From the NCBI GenBank assembly GCA_002104945.1, contig MCFH01000138.1:1-28038 (forward strand): 28,038 nt of DNA, read 5' to 3'. The DNA comes from Piromyces finnis finn (lineage: Eukaryota; Fungi; Neocallimastigomycota). How positions within the stretch are numbered: the first letter of the stretch is position 1; every line of letters begins with the position of its first letter. Positions 24,946 through 28,038 of the stretch are shown one piece after another. The translations under genes were made by a program, and so were the position numbers. Below the pieces are notes generated by a model. The model saw only the letters and a program-made list of their open reading frames with translations, was not told the origin of the DNA and ran no database searches.

Positions 24946-25915
24946 ATTTACTCTCAATGTCAATAAATTTATTTTTAAATAAATTTATTTTTAAATAAAT
25001 TTACTCTATAAATATGAAGAAGTTATAAAATCAAAAATTTCAATGTAAATAGAATACATAAAAGTAAAACATAAATTTTAACATTTTAAATGAATCTTAT
25101 TAATTGTAGAATTTGAATATATTGTAAAAAATAAAAATATAACATTAAAAAAATTAGTAAATAATTTTATTATGTAGATTTTAATTTTTTTTTTTTTTTT
25201 TTTCATTTAATAAAGATTTTTTAATATGAAAAAATATTCTACTTTTTTTTTTTTTTTTAATTAATTTATAATAAACAATAGATTGTTTAGATATATTTTG
25301 AAACATCCATTGATATTTACATTAAAAAAAAAAAAATAAGTATATAATAAAAGTAACTAAATTGGATTTTATTATAAATATTCAATACTTTACAGATAAT
25401 AAATTTTTATTCTATTAGACATTTAAAATAAGTTTATCAATGTATAATGAATTTATAATGGTAATTATATTTCAATCTATCAAATAATTAATTCAAATAA
25501 TATAATTTATGGTAATTATGCTTTACCTTTACTTTTAATGTAAATAAAATTAATCTTGTTAATCTATGCGAATGCTTTATATATTGTTTATATTTTATTT
25601 TTATTTATTTTATTTTTTTTATTAATTACATTTTTTAAAGTTTTTTTTTTTACTTTATTTTAACTCTATTTTCATTTTTATTTTTGTATTTTTATTAAAT
25701 TATAATATATATTATATATATTTACATTTATTATTTATAATAGTTTAATTATTTTATTTTATTTTATTTTCTATATTATTATCTTTTTTATATCTATTAC
25801 AATTTTTTTAATTTTTTAATTCTATTTAAAAAAAAAATCATATATAACATAGATTATATCTATTTTTCTTATGAATAGACATAATTTAAAAATTTATATC
25901 AAATAAATTATTTAT

Positions 25916-28038
25916 TCAAAAAGAACCAGCAGTATATTGAATATTTTTAATTTGGAATTCAACACCCTTACCAGTGGCATCTTGGAAGTTAAGACGGTTA
26001 TATTGTGGAACGCTAACTCTTACAGTGTAAGTAGTCCATTCTTCAGTTGGTTTAACAGTTTTAACTGGATTCCAATCTGATGCTTCAGAATCAGAAAGAG
26101 CTAAACTAATGGTCTACCAGCAACAGAAGACTTAATATCGAAACGAATAGTACCCTTTTTGAAGTATTCTGGACTGTAGAAGGAAAGTGCTCCAAAGTCT
26201 GGTTCAATAGTTACATTCATACCATCTTCATATTCAATAGTAGTACTCCAAGACCAATTTTCGTATGGTTCTAAGAATTGATCACCCATTTCATAGATAG
26301 TAATAATTTCATTACTGACTGGTTCAGAGTTATCAATCTTAAAAACGGAACTTGGACCGGTGGTGTATTTAATGTTCTTGAGACGGAATTCAACACCTTC
26401 ACCACTTTCATCTTGGAAGTTGAAACGAATGAAAGCATCACAAGCAATATCGAAAGCATAAGTCTTGTATTCGGTAGTAGCCTTGACTTGACCAAGATGA
26501 ACCATTCTATCAGTATCAGCTTCGAAAACAGAAATGTTAACAAGAGTACCATCAACTGGAGCCATAATGTCAAAGCTCATAGCACCATTGGAAAGTGTAT
26601 TTGGAGAGAAGATAGAGAGGGTAGCTTGGTTAGTTTTGTTTGAACTTTCAACAGTGTTAACAATCATTTCACCATCACAAAAGACATCAGTTTCCCAAGC
26701 CCAATTTTGGAATTCTTTTGGGAAAAATCTTCATTACCATAGATGGTAATAATATCGTAAGTTGGTTCAGTTTTTTCGACCTTGAAAACGGAACTTGGAC
26801 CGGTGGTGTATTTAATGTTCTTGAGACGGAATTCAACACCTTCACCACTTTCATCTTGGAAATTGAAACGAATGAAAGCATCACAAGCAATATCGAAAGC
26901 ATAAGTCTTGTATTCGGTAGTAGCCTTGACTTGACCAAGATGAACCATTCTATCAGTATCAGCTTCGAAAACAGAAATGTTAACAAGAGTACCATCAACT
27001 GGAGCCATAATGTCAAAGCTCATAGCACCATTGGAAAGTGTATTTGGAGAGAAGATAGAGAGGGTAGCTTGGTTAGTTTTGTTTGAACTTTCAACAGTGT
27101 TAACAATCATTCATCACATCACAAAAGACATCAGTTTCCCAAGCCCAATTTTGGAATTCTTTTGGGAAGAAATCTTCATTACCATAGATGGTAATAATAT
27201 CGTAAGTTTGATTAAAGTCAGCAACAGTACCGGTAGTGTAAAGAATATTTTTAAGACGGAATTCAACACCTTCACCACTTTCATCTTGGAAGTTGAAACG
27301 AATGAAAGCATCACAAGCAATATCGAAAGCATAAGTCTTGTATTCGGTAGTAGCCTTGACTTGACCAAGATGAACCATTCTATCAGTATCAGCTTCGAAA
27401 ACAGAAATGTTAACAAGAGTACCATCAACTGGAGCCATAATGTCAAAGCTCATAGCACCATTGGAAAGTGTATTTGGAGAGAAGATAGAGAGGGTAGCTT
27501 GGTTAGTTTTGTTTGAACTTTCAACAGTGTTAACAATCATTTCACCATCACAAAAGACACAGTTTCCCAAGCCCAATTTTGGAATTCTTTTGGGAAGAAA
27601 TCTTCATTACCGTAAATAGTGGTAATTTGACCCTTGGCAAAGAAATCATCTCTGGTACCTGAAGAATAGAAAATATTTTGAAGACGGAATTCAACACCTT
27701 CACCACTAGTATCTTGGAAATTGAAACGAATGAAATCAGGGCAATCAATATCATAGATATAAGTCTTGTATTCAGTAGTAGCCTTGACTTGACCAAGTGG
27801 AATCATTCTATCAGTATCAGCTTCAAAGATAGAAATGTTAACAAGAGTACCATCTACTGGAGCCTTAATATCAAATTTAAGGCACCATTGGAGAAATTGA
27901 TTGGAGTAAAGATTGAAAGAGTAGCTTGATTAGTTTTATTAGAACTTTCAATAGTATTAACAATCATTTCACCGTCAAAGGAAACATCAGTTTCCCAAGC
28001 CCAATTTTGGAATTCTTTTGGGAAGAAATCTTCATTAC
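25916..28038 (-). CDS. 3' part of a multi-module protein with at least 5 tandem CBM29-like carbohydrate-binding modules (5' end outside the window; indel-broken as sequenced)
   Basis: Module anchors NWAW/NWSW at ~28000, 27572, 27144, 26700 and 26253 (period 428-446 nt). Pattern I-Y...NWxW...GALS/ATLS...Y-x-F...R-x-N-F-QD...F-x-L/I-K-N-I-x-Y-T-x-G matches Piromyces equi NCP1 CBM29-2 as I recall it (VYETG..DNWGW..YGAISL..DRIIVQD..YMRYIIYSTG). After a 1-nt frame correction near 26110 the C-terminus reads ...NRLNFQDATGKGVEFQIKNIQYTAGSF* (TGA 25918-25916; TAA 25914-25912 if there is a homopolymer error). Confidence 0.75.

Noticed and set aside
26240-28038. Regularly spaced repeats as a CRISPR-like array or assembly stutter
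   Set aside because: The period is 428-446 nt, in-frame and protein-coding, with unit-specific linkers and diverged terminal units.
9312-28038. PFL + xylanase + CBM29 as a functional gene cluster
   Set aside because: Both inter-gene links pass through suspect junctions (~13100 and ~25170-25207), so physical linkage is unproven. No PFL-activating enzyme is present.

Overview
Extremely AT-rich eukaryotic DNA with intron-less, more GC-rich coding islands. Gene content points to an anaerobic gut fungus (Neocallimastigomycota; inference). Only three distinct genes are visible. (i) A pyruvate formate-lyase (PFL) with a hydrogenosome-type N-terminal extension occurs 4 times in alternating orientation (1-11770). 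(ii) A secreted GH11 xylanase / poly-Asn linker / CBM1 gene occurs 4 times in alternating orientation (13087-24945); only the 16859-17803 copy reads intact. (iii) The 3' part of a minus-strand gene carries at least five tandem CBM29-like modules (25916->28038). Most of the window is two nested palindromes, 1-10297 (centre ~5140) and 13100-24932 (centre 18322-19680). Their turning points are fold-back junctions: one sits on a native 13-bp inverted repeat and the others on short imperfect homologies. Copies differ only by scattered, partly strand-specific indels and transitions, so the frameshifts are best read as long-read errors. The palindromes are most simply explained as amplification (MDA-type) or read fold-back chimeras; in vivo inverted amplification cannot be excluded from this window. 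The best candidates for real biology are the multi-CBM29 protein, three different 3' flanks on an otherwise identical xylanase (implying several genomic loci), and a possible dual-start PFL.
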